Below, one piece after another: positions 10,629 to 25,600 of a stretch of DNA of 64,000 nucleotides. How positions within the stretch are numbered: position 1 is the stretch's first letter; each line of letters opens with the position of its first letter. The notes below the pieces were generated by a model that was not told where the DNA came from, searched no databases, and saw only the letters and a list, made by a program, of their open reading frames with translations. Both the position numbers and the translations under genes were made by a program. The stretch spans positions 4,340,001-4,404,000 of the forward strand of contig CM119377.1 in the NCBI GenBank assembly GCA_051294905.1. The letters run 5' to 3'. Source of the DNA: Botryllus schlosseri. Lineage: Eukaryota.

Positions 10629-13600
10629 TCAGATGTAGTAAACACTGTATACAGTATATCCAAAATAGATCTTGCGGGAGCAGCATCACGCCTCTCCGAT
10701 ACTTCAAAAAGGGAAGCACTTCGTTTTTAACACTATCTGCATGTAATTTAAGTGGACACGACATGGGTAGAAGTTGGCTCCCTCCTGCATGGTGGATGTC
10801 TTTGTATGCGAACAGGCTCGCGTTCATTTCAACATTTGGCGTTTCACTTCGACTCAATTCTTTGTGTTGCCTATACGCACCGTTGTTATAGTCAAAGGAT
10901 ACGAGCCACTGGCCTATAGTTGTTACTTTTAACTTGTGATAAATCTGTAATCAATTTTGTCTTTTATGCGTGCAGATCTACACAATGAGACTAACCGAGT
11001 GTTCGAGATTGACGATGACGGCCTTGCCAGCATTATAAAATATGCAGATTTTTACGTAGTATGCTTTTGTAAGTAAATGCCGTTCAACCTGAGGTGAGTA
11101 GGATCTTTCTAACAAATATTGTCTATGATATAGATTCGGAGAAGTCCAGACGGAGTCGCGAGTTCCAGTCTGAATATTTTAACGTGGTGGTGGAAGTGCA
11201 CAAGACAAACCCGTACATTCGCTTCGCAAGGATTGACCTTGACAAACATCAGCATATTGAGATTAAGCACAAAATTGATGAAATACCGCTGCTCAAGTTC
11301 TATAAGTACGGGCGACACTACGACTACAGAGGTAAAACACTTTTGTGTAGCTGGAATCTCATCATGTTAATTTCGAATGGGCCGTTTACGGTTTGGGAGG
11401 CGTGAACTTTTTAACAAACGGGAATGTCCACCTACAAGGTATAAATCCAATGAACAAAGTCAATTTTCGGTTACCTGTCCATTCAAAGCGACTGTTTGGG
11501 GGATGAGATTCTTCCATGTGCCGTTGCTAGACCGGTGATTTGATGCTGAATTTTGTATGCAGGGATTCCCAAGGCTGATAATATCACCAACTGGATTCAC
11601 GTAGCCATGAATTTACCAGCCATTGTTCCGTCCTCAAGCGAGTTTACAGAAATGAAAAAATTAGGTTCCGTTATCGTCGGCTGTTTTCCAGGAGTGAGTT
11701 GGAATCAATTTGTCGGTCTGCAAGTTTATTTCATCAACACTGGTTCTTTTCCAATAGGAAGCACCACAAGCGGAGTATAAGAAATTTTTGAATGCGAGCG
11801 CGTTTTTCGTTTCTGGTAAAAATCTGCCATTGCCACTCTTTGCTCTGATCAACACGGCGAGGTTGATGAGAGAACTCGGGTTCGCGAAAGGATCAGTGTC
11901 GGTTATTAAGAGTGTAAGTGTCATTTGTGGAAAGTGCTAATCAGTGACATCCAGGTTTCTCAAAGTGCAAGTACCTTGGTCTGATTAATACCTCTCAATC
12001 CTACTGGGATAACTTTTATTGGCTAGCGGTTCGTATATAGAAGTGACTCTCCATCGCAGGCTAATTTGTGATAGTTAACATTCGTGTTGGTTTATTTTTG
12101 AGCTTTGCCAATGACGATATGATTGTATATTGTCTCTTGTATTACGCCATGTTCCTTTTGTAAGCTATCGTTCTATATTCTACGCCAAACATCGGTTTGT
12201 GGGAAAGCGTGACGCGTACGAATTGCCTCCAAATGGTACCAACATATACTCTGTTTGAATTTCCGGCTATTATTTTTAAAAGTTATATTACAATCGCATT
12301 TCTATACGGTGATGGGTAACTTGAAAGTCGAATATCTATTTAGGAATATATAAACACTTCGTTCACTAACACGCCGGGGCCTACGATACAAGCGGAGTTA
12401 TTGCCGTCGAAAAATTTGGATTTGAATAAAATAGTATTTATGGTGGTCACCACTATAATAAATAATTAACGAATTGGTCACCGTAAATACTATTTTATTC
12501 ATGATCCAAATTTTTCGACGGAGATAACTCCGCTTCCACTGGTTGAAACTCAACCAAATTTGATGAACATCGTTTCTACAAACAACCTAACACTTTCATG
12601 GGGTGAACAAAAAATTTTCAAATTTTTTGTTATTTATTTTTATATATTTAAATAATAAATAATATTTATACAATGAATAGAAACTTTCTTCTCATGTAGC
12701 AATGCGGCTACTGGTTGGATTTGAACCAAATTTGGTGTATAGGCTTAAATTAGGTAACCTAACAATTTTATCAAGTAGCCAGTGCGATTTGAGAAAAAAG
12801 TCATTTTTGAAGAGCCCTAATGTACACTTGTTCTTAAACATTTTTTTGTTTGTAAGTTTGAAAACGGAGCGAAATCGGTGTACGGGGGATCAATGTCTGA
12901 CTCGGACAAGCTGCTGAAGTTTTGCGAGGAAGAATCCCAGCCGCTTGTTTTCCCTCACGGTCAAGCTGAGGTATAAGCGGATTAAACTTAACGATTCTAT
13001 GAATAAATGAAGCAATGTATTCATCCGCGTCGATATTCTTTCAGTTTTCTTATATTTTGACGAGACGAGACACTAAACTGCAACACTTATTGTTTATGAG
13101 CCCGAATGATTACAATTTCAAGTCCACTTTCAACAGCTTCAAGGAATCGGCGAAGAAATTCAGAAAATCACAGGTTCGCGATTGAATGAAGTTACGTTTC
13201 GATATATAACATTGTTCGTTCGTTTATTAACATCATTATTCTTTTGTCGCTATCCCAATACAATTACATCGCGATATTATGTGGTATTTATATTGAATAT
13301 TGTTATTATGGTAGTATTATCATGGTCACCATGTATCTAGTACTGAATACATATGTACAGTATTGGACACGTGACAAAGCATGTCACCTGTTATTTGAAC
13401 GTCTGGATGTAAGGTGGAAAATATAGCTCTCTAAAACGTTCTGTTGCATCTGCGTTAATCTACATTCTACAATGTCAGGAGATTTTCGCCTTTATTATTC
13501 GAAAGCATTGTCAGACCTGTCAATACAGCATAAAATGTCTAATCACTAATGCTACTCTTTTAGAGTGACATCGAGGTTTTGTTCATCCACGTCGATACAA

Positions 13601-16600
13601 CGAAGAAAGACATTGAAAATGTTTTGGCGTTCTTTCACGTCGACCCAAAAAAAGACGTGCCTTGCAACAGGATCGCAAAGCCCGACGAATTTCATTCGAG
13701 ATACGTTCCGGAGAAGAAGGATTTGACGGAATCGGGATTCACTGATTTTACGAGACGAGTTTTGGATGGGAAAGTATCGGTGGGTAAATGACCAAGCTGT
13801 GTAATCTAAAGTGACATGAATGTATTTCTTCGGCTTAATTATGAAGTGCTAGGTTTTATTACTTGAAAAGAAATTCATTCAGTAGTTTTGAAAAGTTCAT
13901 TTAGACGTGGGTGTCGCATGCCTTTGATAGCAGGGGTATGGAATCTATTTCGTCAAAAGAGTCATACCCTATGATTTCAATTGTAATTCTGAAAGAGCCA
14001 TATGAGGATTTCTATTTACCATTACGTCACAATTGAGGATTTGTGAAGTCATGGGGACACGTACAATCGAAGTAAACTATGCACAAATACATGTAAATCG
14101 TCTTGTGCACCATATTTGCTGTGTAATCTCGTGTTAATGCCCCACTCAAGCCCGTTGCTCGACGTTTGCACATGCGACGCAATGAAAAACGCCAGTTGGG
14201 CAAGGCACAATTATGCTTAGGTACAGGTTTTGGGAAGCTTTTGCAAGCTTCACATTTTTAATTTTATTTCCCTGAGAGCCAATATGATGTTTTTTTAAAC
14301 TTAAGGCAATTAAAATGTACATTTTACCTCAAAGCAGACAATGGTAGACAACATTAAACATGTGAATTTACTGTTTCTTCCTCAGTAACACACCCTAGTA
14401 CTGTCAGCGACTTTCCAAGGAATCCGCAGCATCCGCGAAGGGAGCCATGGCTAAATTGTTGAACTGGCATTTATGCAGGCTCAATCAGTTCCTATGTACA
14501 GTAATAATATATTTAGCCCACACTCATCGCATATTCTCTTTGCCAATTATGTGTCATATACGTACAGAAAACCGTCCGAAGCGCAGACCTACCGAGCGAC
14601 TGGGACAAATATACTTTGAAGATACTCGTCGGTAAAAATTACGAAGAAGTTACGAGGAAAAAGGGACAAATAGTGTTTGTAATGTACTGTGAGTACACTG
14701 GCATCAATGGGCTCGATCCTCGGAAAATACTAGTCGTTTTTTTCACGATAAGATGTTCCCCAAGTCGACGAATGCAAAAGGGTGATGCCGGTTATGGAAG
14801 AGGTGGCGATGAGATACCGTGGTAACAGCACTGTTACCATAGCGACGATGGACATAAGCCAAAACGACGTCGAAATTGACGTTTTCCAAGAAGTGCCAAC
14901 GTTCAAAATGTTTACCGCGGACAATAAGGTGCACTTTCGAATTTTAAATACTGATATCACACGCGTAAATAATGTTGTGTTCAGATATACCGATTCAATG
15001 GAACCAAGTCGGTGGAAGCCGTAATGGAGTTCATCGATAGCAATGGAGAGAGCGAAACCGATGTGAGTTGATAATTATGTTCAGAGGTAGTCAGCGTTAG
15101 CGTTACTCAATTGCAAGTACAATAGGAAATTTACAAGACAGTATCGTAGAAGTAGGGCTGTTGCCTGGGCGATTCGGTTATGAATCGACTTTATAGGGAT
15201 AGGCAACGTATTCGAGTATATCTTTTTGTGACGTGATAAGATGATGGATGCTATGAAATTTTAAATGTGTAATTTAATGCGGCCGCAAAGAATATGATGT
15301 CAGTCCCTCACCACATCAAATATCATTTGGTAGTTTTTTATTGCACTTTGTGGCAATATTGCGGGTTGATCCCTAGCTCACGGCGTAGTGGTATAATCCA
15401 CAGCTACAACACCAATGGATTGTGGGTTCGATTCTGACCGAGGTCGACTCCAGAATTTCTACCTAAGTGTTAAAGGTTTATCTAGGCTCCTCCTCGCCAT
15501 CTCATCCGTGTAAGCCAGTGGTTCTTAACCTTTTTTCCTCCAGCGCCCCTTTCAAAAATTATCGTGCTCCAGCGCCCCCCACCTCATATTGTAAGGACTG
15601 TATTAAAGACAATGGGCAAGAGGGCCCTAAGCACTTCGTCAGCCCCCTAAAAACGGGTTCTATACCACTACCGAGAAAACCATTACCGAGAATGGACATT
15701 ACCGAGAATGCTATTACCAAAAATGGACATTACCGAGAATGGACAACACCGAGAATGGACAACACCGAGAACGGACATTACCGAGAATGGACATCACCGA
15801 GAATGGCCAGTGCCAAGAATCCAACTTACTGGGACGGAAATTATCGATATTTGCACCTGAGAATCGACACCTAATGTGACAACGTCGTGATGCACATACA
15901 CACGACCTGTACACATGCATAACATGCCTGCATTGCATGTATTGCATTCTCGGTAATGTCCATTCTCGGTAGTGTCCATTCTCGGTAATGTCCATTCTCT
16001 GTGGTGTCTATTCTCGGTAATGGCATTCTCGGTAATGGTTTTCTCGGTATTGACCGGACACCCTAAAAACGATTTTCTTGCGCATTCATAGCGTGATAAA
16101 CCAAACTTCTGCGGGCTTCGCCCCCAAGAACCCCGTCGCGTGATTTCGATTGTCAGCAAAGTTTGTGTGGCCTGGTCGCCCTGGGCGTCAAATTTTTTTA
16201 TAATGCATGAATGAATAGGTGGTAATTGCATATATATGTCGCTATAAACTTTCTATCCTCTCCACCCAGGTAATCAGATTTACTAGTAGCGCTGAGTGAG
16301 CTGTTGTATTAGAAAATGAAGGCCACGTAATTTATAATTGAACATATTCGGGCGTGCCTGTTGGTACAATTAATTTGTTACATGTTGTTATTTTGTTACC
16401 TCTTGTCCGGTATATAGTCAAAAGATATTGAAACGCATAAACGTATTAAACCAATGTAAGCACACGATTCAGAATTGGTATTTCTTAACAGGCAAATAAT
16501 TTTATCTGATGGATGTTATTTGTCCTGTGGGGTGCAGATTGCGACAATACGATAATTCGGCACGAGCGATTTAAGAACCTATGGACAATTAGACTTATAT

Positions 16601-19600
16601 ATATCGAAGATTTACGTCAACATAAGGGCAATCCTCTTCGGCTAAGATTTTCTCGCTGAGGATCTTTTTGACACACTTCTCGGAGTCCCATATTGACCGG
16701 AACTTCTCGTGTCTTCGTGCGTCGTGGCGTGGTAATGTCCGACGCCGGAATGCCTATTACTAATTTCTATAATTATGCGAATTCTTCCGTGGGGGAGTCG
16801 TCAAAACATGATGTGTAATTTATGTTCATTCACCGAAATAATTTAGGGCACCCTTCGAGCTCACGGATTGGGGATTTGGGTTGCAACAGTTTCGGTTCTG
16901 GTAGAGGTCAAAGTCCAGTCGGTCTCTTCGAGACTTTGGTATTGGAAATATTTCGCGCTTTAATCGCGCTCGAGGACCATTCGACTATAATAAACCATTT
17001 AATATTTGTTTGTGGTATATTGAGGGTTAAATCAAGGTTGTTATAACAACAATCGGGCACGGTCTCATACCCTGTGGTTCGAACCATCCCGAATTCACAT
17101 CTGCGATTGGCAATACGGGGAAATTAATGGTATTGGATTTTGTCTTAGTGCTTTGTGTAACTACAAGTAAGTCAACTGAGAATGGGATGCATACATCTGC
17201 TCACATTGAATTTAGTACTGTACCCAGTTATTAATTTTAGCGTGAATGTATTCCAAACAAAGCAACTCATATTATATATTAAAACGTTCATGTAAGGTTG
17301 TGAACCACAACACTTGATAGTATCATCCTCTATGATACGATAAAGAAATATTCTGACGATTTAATTTTGTAGCTCTGAAATACAAGTATATTTAGTTATT
17401 CATTTCGTACACAAAGCTTCAAACCTATTTTATGTACGAGGGGGCTCTAAAAGTACCCGCAATTCGTTTTACATGAATTATAATAATCCATTACATTTAT
17501 TAAAACATATGTAGCAAACATCGTCGAGTAATGCGACCAAAAATTTTGGGATTTGACATGTTCTGTGGAATGTTAATTTGCTCTGAATACTCACTAAGTA
17601 TATGTCTTACTATCACATCATCTACTACGAAGACATTTTTCTTCAGCGCCCCCCATATCGCCCCCTGAGCGTTACCGCCCCCTTCAAAATCGTCAGCGCC
17701 CCTTGGGGGGGGGGGGGCTGGAGGCAAGGTTAAGAACCACTGGTGTAAGCGGTTCCTTATGAAAGCCTAGAAGTGAGCCGTGCTACAAGTCGACAGATAC
17801 GGAATCATAAATAAGGAATATCTGCTTATGCAAATGACCATAGTAGTCGACAAACACCATGAATATACCACAAACAACGTCACGAGTTCATAGAAATGTC
17901 ATTCATACTAACGTGCGTAGTTTTGCACCACATCTTTTGGATATTTACCACACGCTTTTGAACCAATCGAGACTTTCCAGGTTTCCACATTTGAAAAATG
18001 TATAAAAACTAGAATTTTCGTTTATAATTATTGGTGTGAAATAGACGTATAATTTGAGTAAACTCGAAAAAAAAGTCTCTCACAATTCGACAGGAATTAT
18101 TTCAAACAATACTTGATTCGGGTTGGGATACTCGAATCATAGTGCCCGACCCTACAGTCAAGCCTATACTTCCAATGGAAGCATAGAATATGAAAGGTCA
18201 GAAAAGGCGCGAGATACAGTAAATACCAGGGATAATAGCCGCATAAACCTTATTTTACCTGTTTAAATAAACATGCTAAGAGTGAGAAAATGAATAAATT
18301 ATGGATCCGAGGCTTTCGATATCACCCAAGAGTTTCACAGAAGTGATTTGTACCTGATTTGAACTCGATACCGAACAGTAAACACTATGACTTGGACTCG
18401 GTGGTGAATTGAAAGTGACTCGACTTGACTCGAGTCAAAACTATAAAACTAAAATTGACTTGTGACTTGGCTACAACCCTGGTAAACACGTAGAAGCACA
18501 GTTTAAAATCTTTTGCCTGTAATGCAAAATTCTGTCGCGTTTTTTCGTCGTGTTTTCAGGGTATAAACGACGTTCTTGTACTTTGCGTTTCCCATATCTG
18601 TTGGACGCATGCACGCACAATCGCACGCACGCATGCACGCACAATCGCACACCCTTTTGACTAATGTATGCATAAATGATTATTATCGATCATATTTCTC
18701 GCAAGGAGAAAATGGGTGAGGAAGCTATATTCCACTTCCAAAAGCTACCCGAGGATGTCCGAAACCCAGAGGAATTGAGGTACGAAGAGGCGGAGAAGAG
18801 AGAGAAAATGTGGAGCCAGGACGAGATGAAATCCATGGAAAGCGCAATAGACGGTTCTCAAGGTACGTGGGAAACGGACACGAAGGAGTATAGGCCTACT
18901 TCGTTTATTTTATCCCAATCCGCATATATAAATTGAAGCTCAGGCTCCTATCCACCACTCTCAATCCGCATTCTGACTCCACAACACACAGCTTGATGGG
19001 CTGAAAGGTTGGGGTTTAGGGTTGTATACTTAAAACAAGTGATGTACTAAAACACTTATTTTTGACGAATGCCATGTTTTTTCCCATGAAGTTTTACAAT
19101 TATGCCATAATTCCGTAAATACTTTCAAAAATACATGTGGTACACGATACGGAATGGTTGGAGCCTTCGAAATGGTCCTCGGGCTGTTATAGCACGTAGT
19201 TTATTGTATATCATTGGTATGAAATGGATATTCTGATGATGATTATGACCTCCAACTGTAAAATTATTGCACATCCGGTTAACCTGTCCTGAAGCATAAC
19301 GTACCTATTTATTGCGATAGCTACTTATAGGTCCATTGTAATTCAAATCTGGTACGCCCCAGTACACCCCGTACGAGTGGTGCACCCTTTAAACATTATG
19401 GTACACCCTAGGCCTAGGGTGTACGATACACACGGTTGAAGAGCCCTGCGATCCGGCCAAACTATTCTGAAGCGTGAGCTTGCCTATTTATGGTGATAGC
19501 TAGTAAATTGTACACTGTAATGCAAATCTGGTACGCCCCAGTACACCCCATCCGAGTAGTACACCCTTTAAACATGATGGTACACCCCCCGGTTGATGAG

Positions 19601-22600
19601 CCCGGTTCTAGAGCACAAACGCCGACATACAGTTGAAGTGTCATCAAACGAATTATGCCTCGTTTTCAAGGCTTTATATATGCATTGGTGTGTTGCATGA
19701 TTGCTGCATGACATATTGCAGGACTGCATGACAAAATACAAGACACGCAGCACCCGCACGACGGCGTCTACGAGTTGGATAATGTCGCTGTTGAACGACT
19801 GATCAATGAGATGTCTTTCTTGGTCGTTTGGTATTGTAAGTGACGTTTACTACCTCTTTCCATGAGACTCATATTTTGCCGACGATGACGACACAGAAAT
19901 GTCATTTCCACTACTGTGCGTGTAGCTTTTTAACGTATTGGATGCTGTGATAAGATCAATTGAGGTTCGGAAGATTGGACCCGCAAAAGTATTGAAACCA
20001 TAAATAACGTTAATGATTTTCTTTAATTCTTGATGGGAAGTGAAGTATAATTTCATCACTCGAAAATCCGTCTCTCACTGTTTGTTTGTTTGTTTTGGGG
20101 TATTCATGGTGTTTGTCGACTACTATGGTCATTTACACCAGACCGATATTCTTCTTATTTTCCGTAACTGCCGACTTATAGCACGGCCCACCTCTAGTCT
20201 TTTGTAAGACACCGCTGACGCGGATGAGGTGGCGAGGAGGAGCCTAGGTAAACCTCCAACACTTAGGTATCGGAATTCGGAAGTCGACCTCGAACCCGCA
20301 CCCATTGGTGTTGCAGCCGCGGATTATACCACTGCGCTATCTCGCCACCTGTATCTCTAACTGTTCGGACTTGAATCATGTCAGTAAATGCTCCATTCGG
20401 ATTCCATTACTCGAATCATTGTTCCCAGTCCAACAAATGACAACAATAGTCAATTTACGATACTTAGCCTATATAGTTTTTTTTTCGTACAGTAGTTATT
20501 GATTCAATACATTCACAACAGTACAAACGTGAATTATATCGATATATATAATTAGATTCCAAGGAATCCCGTGCTAGCAATGACTTTGAGCGCCTATATT
20601 ACAACGCGGCCGCTGAGCTGCACAAGGAGAACAAGCACATCTGCTTCACGAGAATCAACATTGACAAATACCGAGACATTGAGAAAAAGCACGCCCTGAA
20701 GGAATTACCCATGCTGCGGTTTTACAAGCATGGACGCCATTTCGATTTTGTCGGTAATGGTATTTTGACGCCGACAACCTGATCCTGTTGTGACGTGTCA
20801 TGTTTTGTTAGGAGAGAAAACCGTGCAGCATATCAAGTCATGGGTGCATCTTGCCATGAACACTCCGTTCTTACTGAAAACCAAGGCCGAACTGGAGAAT
20901 TTCAAGAGTACCAGCACCCTTGTCGTGGGTTGCTTTCCCGATGTTAGTGGTGGTATTTTTTCTGGACGTGACCATTCACCAATTTAACAGAACTATTGTA
21001 ATGGAAGGAAGAAGGGCGGTTTATTTTCGCCAGCATCAAACTTGGACATATGGACAAGTATATAATTTTAGTTATGCAATTAGACCAATTAAAGCGAAAT
21101 GCCGGTAATATAATTGTGATAAAATTTGTGAAATGTATCTATTCTCTAACATCAAATCTAATTTGATCTAATCTAATTTCAGGATTTGCTGAAAATGCTA
21201 CAGACTTACTGTATAGTGCGAATCGAGCCAAGCATGCTGTACATACATTTTCCATTTTATGCTCATAAAAACGAATTTTGATTTGATATGATCTTGATTT
21301 TTGTTTTATTTCTTTCTAATTCGGAATATAATTCAATTTCAAAGTTTTCGCGAATCCTGCAATTCAAATTCAAATCTAATCTGAAAAACTGTGTAGCTCT
21401 AACTCTAGTGCTACTAATTTGGAAGTTTACCAGTTGTGCATGTACTACAACTCTGGTCCGAACCGTCGCGGTGCTTTGGTAATATAGATTCTGAAACAAT
21501 CGTAAAGATATCTACTCAGTCCCACTATTTATTCTTCTCCACGTGAACCTATGATGTGCATAACGCCTCGCTGCAATCATTATTTTGAATAGCTTTTTAT
21601 TTGTGTTCTGCATGTTCTGATGTCTGTCCTTGCGTTGACAGGGGAATCCAGAATTGGAATATGGACATTTTTTAAACGCCAGCGCTTTTTACATGCCAGC
21701 CAAGTATTTACCAACGCCCATGTTTGTAATTTTGACAACGAGAAGCCTGGTGCAGGACGCAGGGCTGACGACCGGTTCCGTCGCAGTGTATAAGGTATAA
21801 GATATAACATCTAGGGTTGCATTTAAAACAAATGGTGTTATAAAACACTTTGTTTAAAACATGTTTTGAACAGCGTTTAAAAATCCGTTTAGATCACGTT
21901 ATACAGGGGCTATTTCATGGGGTTGTTATGACTATCCCACTCACAGAAGTGATGAAACTCATCTCAAAACAAATATGTAGTATTCAAAACGCAAATGATA
22001 AAAGTAAACAGTGTTTCCTATAAAACTGATCAACTATAGAATTTGAAGCAGTATAAATGCACTTGGGTAATTGATGCAGAGAAGAGCCTAGGCCTACTTG
22101 AGTTACTCTCGATCATGAAGTCACAAACTTGAATGGCCTCATGATGTCTGAGTATTACCCGAGTTTGATACGTCCAAAAGCATTTTCCACCCATTGGATG
22201 TGTTATTGTTCAGAAATTTGAAGGAGGGGCCAAAGTCGAATACGACGGGTCATTGTCGGACACACACAGACTCTTGGATTGGTTGGAAGACGAGACGACG
22301 CCCATTGTCTTCCCGTATGGAAACACTGAGGTATATTTTTGGATCGCAGCAAAGCGAAATTGGAGAATATTATCTGCATTCGCTTGGTTTTAGTATGCGT
22401 TCCGATTGTCGAGGGGTGACATGAAGATGCACCATATTCTGTTTATGGATTCGAGGGCGCCGTTTTTCAAAGAAACGTTTAGGAATTTCAAAGCCGCCGC
22501 AAAATCGTTTAGAAAGAACCGGGTAAGATGTGGACGTGATCCACCGATCAAGGATAATCCGATAATTATCAACGAAAAAATCAAATACCTCCCCTTCTAC

Positions 22601-25600
22601 TACTTGGAATTGAGTCCAATTTGTGTTGCATCGTCTTTGAAGACAGCTCAACAATTTCATGGGGTTGACAGAAAAATTTGATTTTTTTTAATTTTCCCTA
22701 ATAAATCAAAATTTTGATTGGATCTGCGGAGTCTTATACTTGTTAGAATTGAACCAAATTTGGTGTGCAGCGTTTTTAGGGTAACCTCACAATTTAATCA
22801 GTGAATGGCTGGAATCCAGAAAAAAAGTTATTTTTGAACAGCCCTAGTGGACTGGCACGGGTTTTGGCAAATGCAGAGAAGTATTGATTCGAGTCACGAT
22901 TTTTTAGTGGCTCGACTTGACTCGGGTCATTTTTTAAAATGCGTTTAATGACTCGACTCGACTCGAGTCAATTTGTGTATTGACTCGACTTGTACTCGAG
23001 ACATTGTGCATGACTTGAACCAAGTCATATGACTCGAAACTAGGACGGCCAAGACAGACATTTCATTGTAACTTCGAAGAATAGTAAAGTCACGGGATTT
23101 CGTCTATCACTCCTGATACGTGACAAATAGGACCAGAAGCTGTTAGGACTGAGGAAAATTTCGATAATATGAATCCGATCCACTCTATATCACTCAAGCA
23201 GAGTTGAAAAAGTGGGCCGAACCGGATTGAACTGAAAACTAAACAATAAACATAATGGTTGGGACTCGAGAGTCAAAACACTTTGACTCGGACTCGACCC
23301 TCTTACTAACTAACTTGGACTCGGACTTGACTCGGGGGTGAATTGAGAATGACTCGACTTGACTCGAGTCAAAACTACAAAAGGGAGATTGACTTGTGGC
23401 TCGTAACCTTGTGACTCAGAGATGGAAGTCGGGCCGGGCTTTTCGGGTTCGGGCCGGGTTCGGGCCGGGCTCGGGCCGGGTTCGGGCCCAAAGTTATAAA
23501 AATTATCGGGATTGAATCGGGCCGAATAGTCACTACGAAAAGCATTTGATTTGCAATTTTGTTCGAAAGTGGCACAACTACATATAAAATACACCAATAC
23601 CGTATCACGTATAAGTATGGCAATATCTGTGAATAAATTTTATACGAAGTACGAACCCAGATAAACTTCATTATAAGACGGCGGTGTTAATATTTATTAA
23701 AGAAAGCTTTTAGATGCGCCATAGTGATTTTGTCGTCCATGGTGAATTGCTTTAGGTCTATACGGAAACTAACTTATATTGTATTAGGCTATGTGACAGC
23801 GGTAGTATTGTTATATAGCAGTGTTGGGATCAAGTCACTTCCTTCGAGTCACGAGTCATTTCGAGTCATTGCGCATTTTGACTCGAGTCAAGTCAAGTCA
23901 ATCGATTTTCAAAGGTGACTCGAGTCAAGTCGAGTCAAGTCAAGTCAAGTCACGAGTCAAGTCACAATTCAAGTCAAGTTGCCATTTCGAAGTATGAGGC
24001 ATGATTGCATCATTGCATTTTGCTAGCTGTCTGAAATACATATTGAGTGGTCCCTGATTCTGAACCGCTAAACGAATATAGAGTTGAATATACACGCAAG
24101 CAGGCGCTGTATCGCTCACATATACGTATAACTGGTAAACTACGTTGATAGTCACCAGCCAAAATAGAGAATAGAGAATTGATTGAGAACGAATTGATAA
24201 GATGCAATACATTACCCATTTACAAATTGAGAGACGAACCCGACTGTATCCAGTAACTGTTGAGGCTATTGAAATAATCAATTCTTCGCATAACGTGTGA
24301 ATGCAACGCCCTTTGTATGGATGACAGTTGACTTGTATTTTGAACACACTATTTTTTCTCATCTTGGCCAATTTCATTCCTTTATTGCTTTAATTTAGTT
24401 TAATATTGAACCATTTAATACAGTCCACATTTTGCAAAAAGGATGGTGGAACTAAGTTAACAGTGGGGCTGTTTTCAGCGTATTCTCATTCAGACATATT
24501 AAGTTCTCTTGTCATATGCAAGATTGCTATCGAAAGAAAACAAAGTGAGAGCATTGAAAGCGTTGAAAAGCTCGAAATTTGAATCGTATATCAGCTTATT
24601 TGCTCGCAACAGTTGAAAATTGCTATTTGAACTAGGTTTCGGGCCGAAACGGGCTCAAAACTCTACCGTCGGGTTCGGGCCGGGTTCGGGCTGAACTTGT
24701 CGGGTTCGGGCCGGGTTCGGGTCCGGCTCACCCGGCCCGCTTCCATCTCTGTTGTGACTTGGTTACAACCCTGGACAAATGTAAAGCGTAAATAGATAGT
24801 CTGAACATCTGCATCACTAACCTAATTCTGAGCCTTACCGGGATGTTGTCAAGACCAGTGTTGGTCAGTAATGAAGGACTTATATTTTTTCAGAGTGATC
24901 GAGTAGGTTTTGACTATACTTACGCTCACTTACTCAATGAGGCTATACCTGTGTTGATGGACAGCTTTGAAAGGCTAATCTACTTTCTTCATAAACTCTG
25001 TATTTTGTAAACTATAGAAAAGAGTTTTGGGATGTTTTCATTGGCATAACAACTGCATGGGCGAAAGAGCCGGACATCACGGTAGCCGAATGTAATTTCC
25101 AAAATTGAACAACTCATGTGCATTGTCGTTAGTCATTTTGCATTGATCGCAAAGATACATGTTGCTTTCAGAACTTTATTTCAAACTTCCAAGTAGTTTC
25201 GGTATATCTCCTTAAAAAACTACTTTTAAATGTAATTGAGTAGAAATATACGGCGTCATTGTAACGCTAATTATTTTCCCCATGCACCCCCGTTCGAAAC
25301 AGTGTTCCCCACAAGTCACTTCATTAGAATGGGTCTAAAGTCATGCAATGGGTAATATTTATTTTGTGGGGGCGCAAGAACCGCAAAGTGCCTTTGTTGT
25401 GACGCAGCTTGCTCTACGCCAGGGGTCGCCAACTCAAAACGGGAGCGGGCCACTTTTCAAATCTCATAGAGGCCGCGGGCCGCAAGAATGCAATATCGAG
25501 ACAAATCAGGCCAGACCTTTTGCAACCACGCTGCTTCAGTTATTTATGTCTGTACAACGCTGTGCTCTGGGCGACGGGCATAGTGTCAACAAAAGAAGTA

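Larger units (their letters stand above)
15377..17880 (+). mobile_element. Older tRNA-derived SINE copy split by a hAT insertion (head 15377-15515, body 17751-~17880)
   Basis: Head GGCGTAGTGGTATAATCC...GGGTTCGATTCTGACCGAGGTCGAC and body ...GTCGACAAACACCATGAATA match the intact copy at 30207-30488. Confidence 0.8.
22880..24772. mobile_element. GACTCGAG-motif hAT-like MITE hosting nested elements
   Basis: Dense GACTCGA(C/G) motifs 22880-23400. Its right end TTGTGACTTGGTTACAACCCTG resumes after the nested insert. The left boundary is uncertain. Confidence 0.6.

Noticed and set aside
10256-10857. Poly-Asn, poly-Val and poly-Leu ORFs in the ORF track
   Set aside because: These are translations of the (AAC)n microsatellites in an intron. 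No phase-compatible use was found in the gene model.
15660-16050. Regular short repeats resembling a CRISPR array (also the GACTCGAGTCAAGT arrays at 23-24, 29-30 and 36-37 kb)
   Set aside because: There are no unique spacers or cas genes and the context is eukaryotic. They are subterminal repeats of TIR/TSD-bounded DNA elements.
19709-19711. Selenocysteine reading of the in-frame TGA
   Set aside because: It lies in a signal-peptide-like or intronic segment, not at a redox site. A good acceptor at 19721 bypasses it, and no SECIS was identified.
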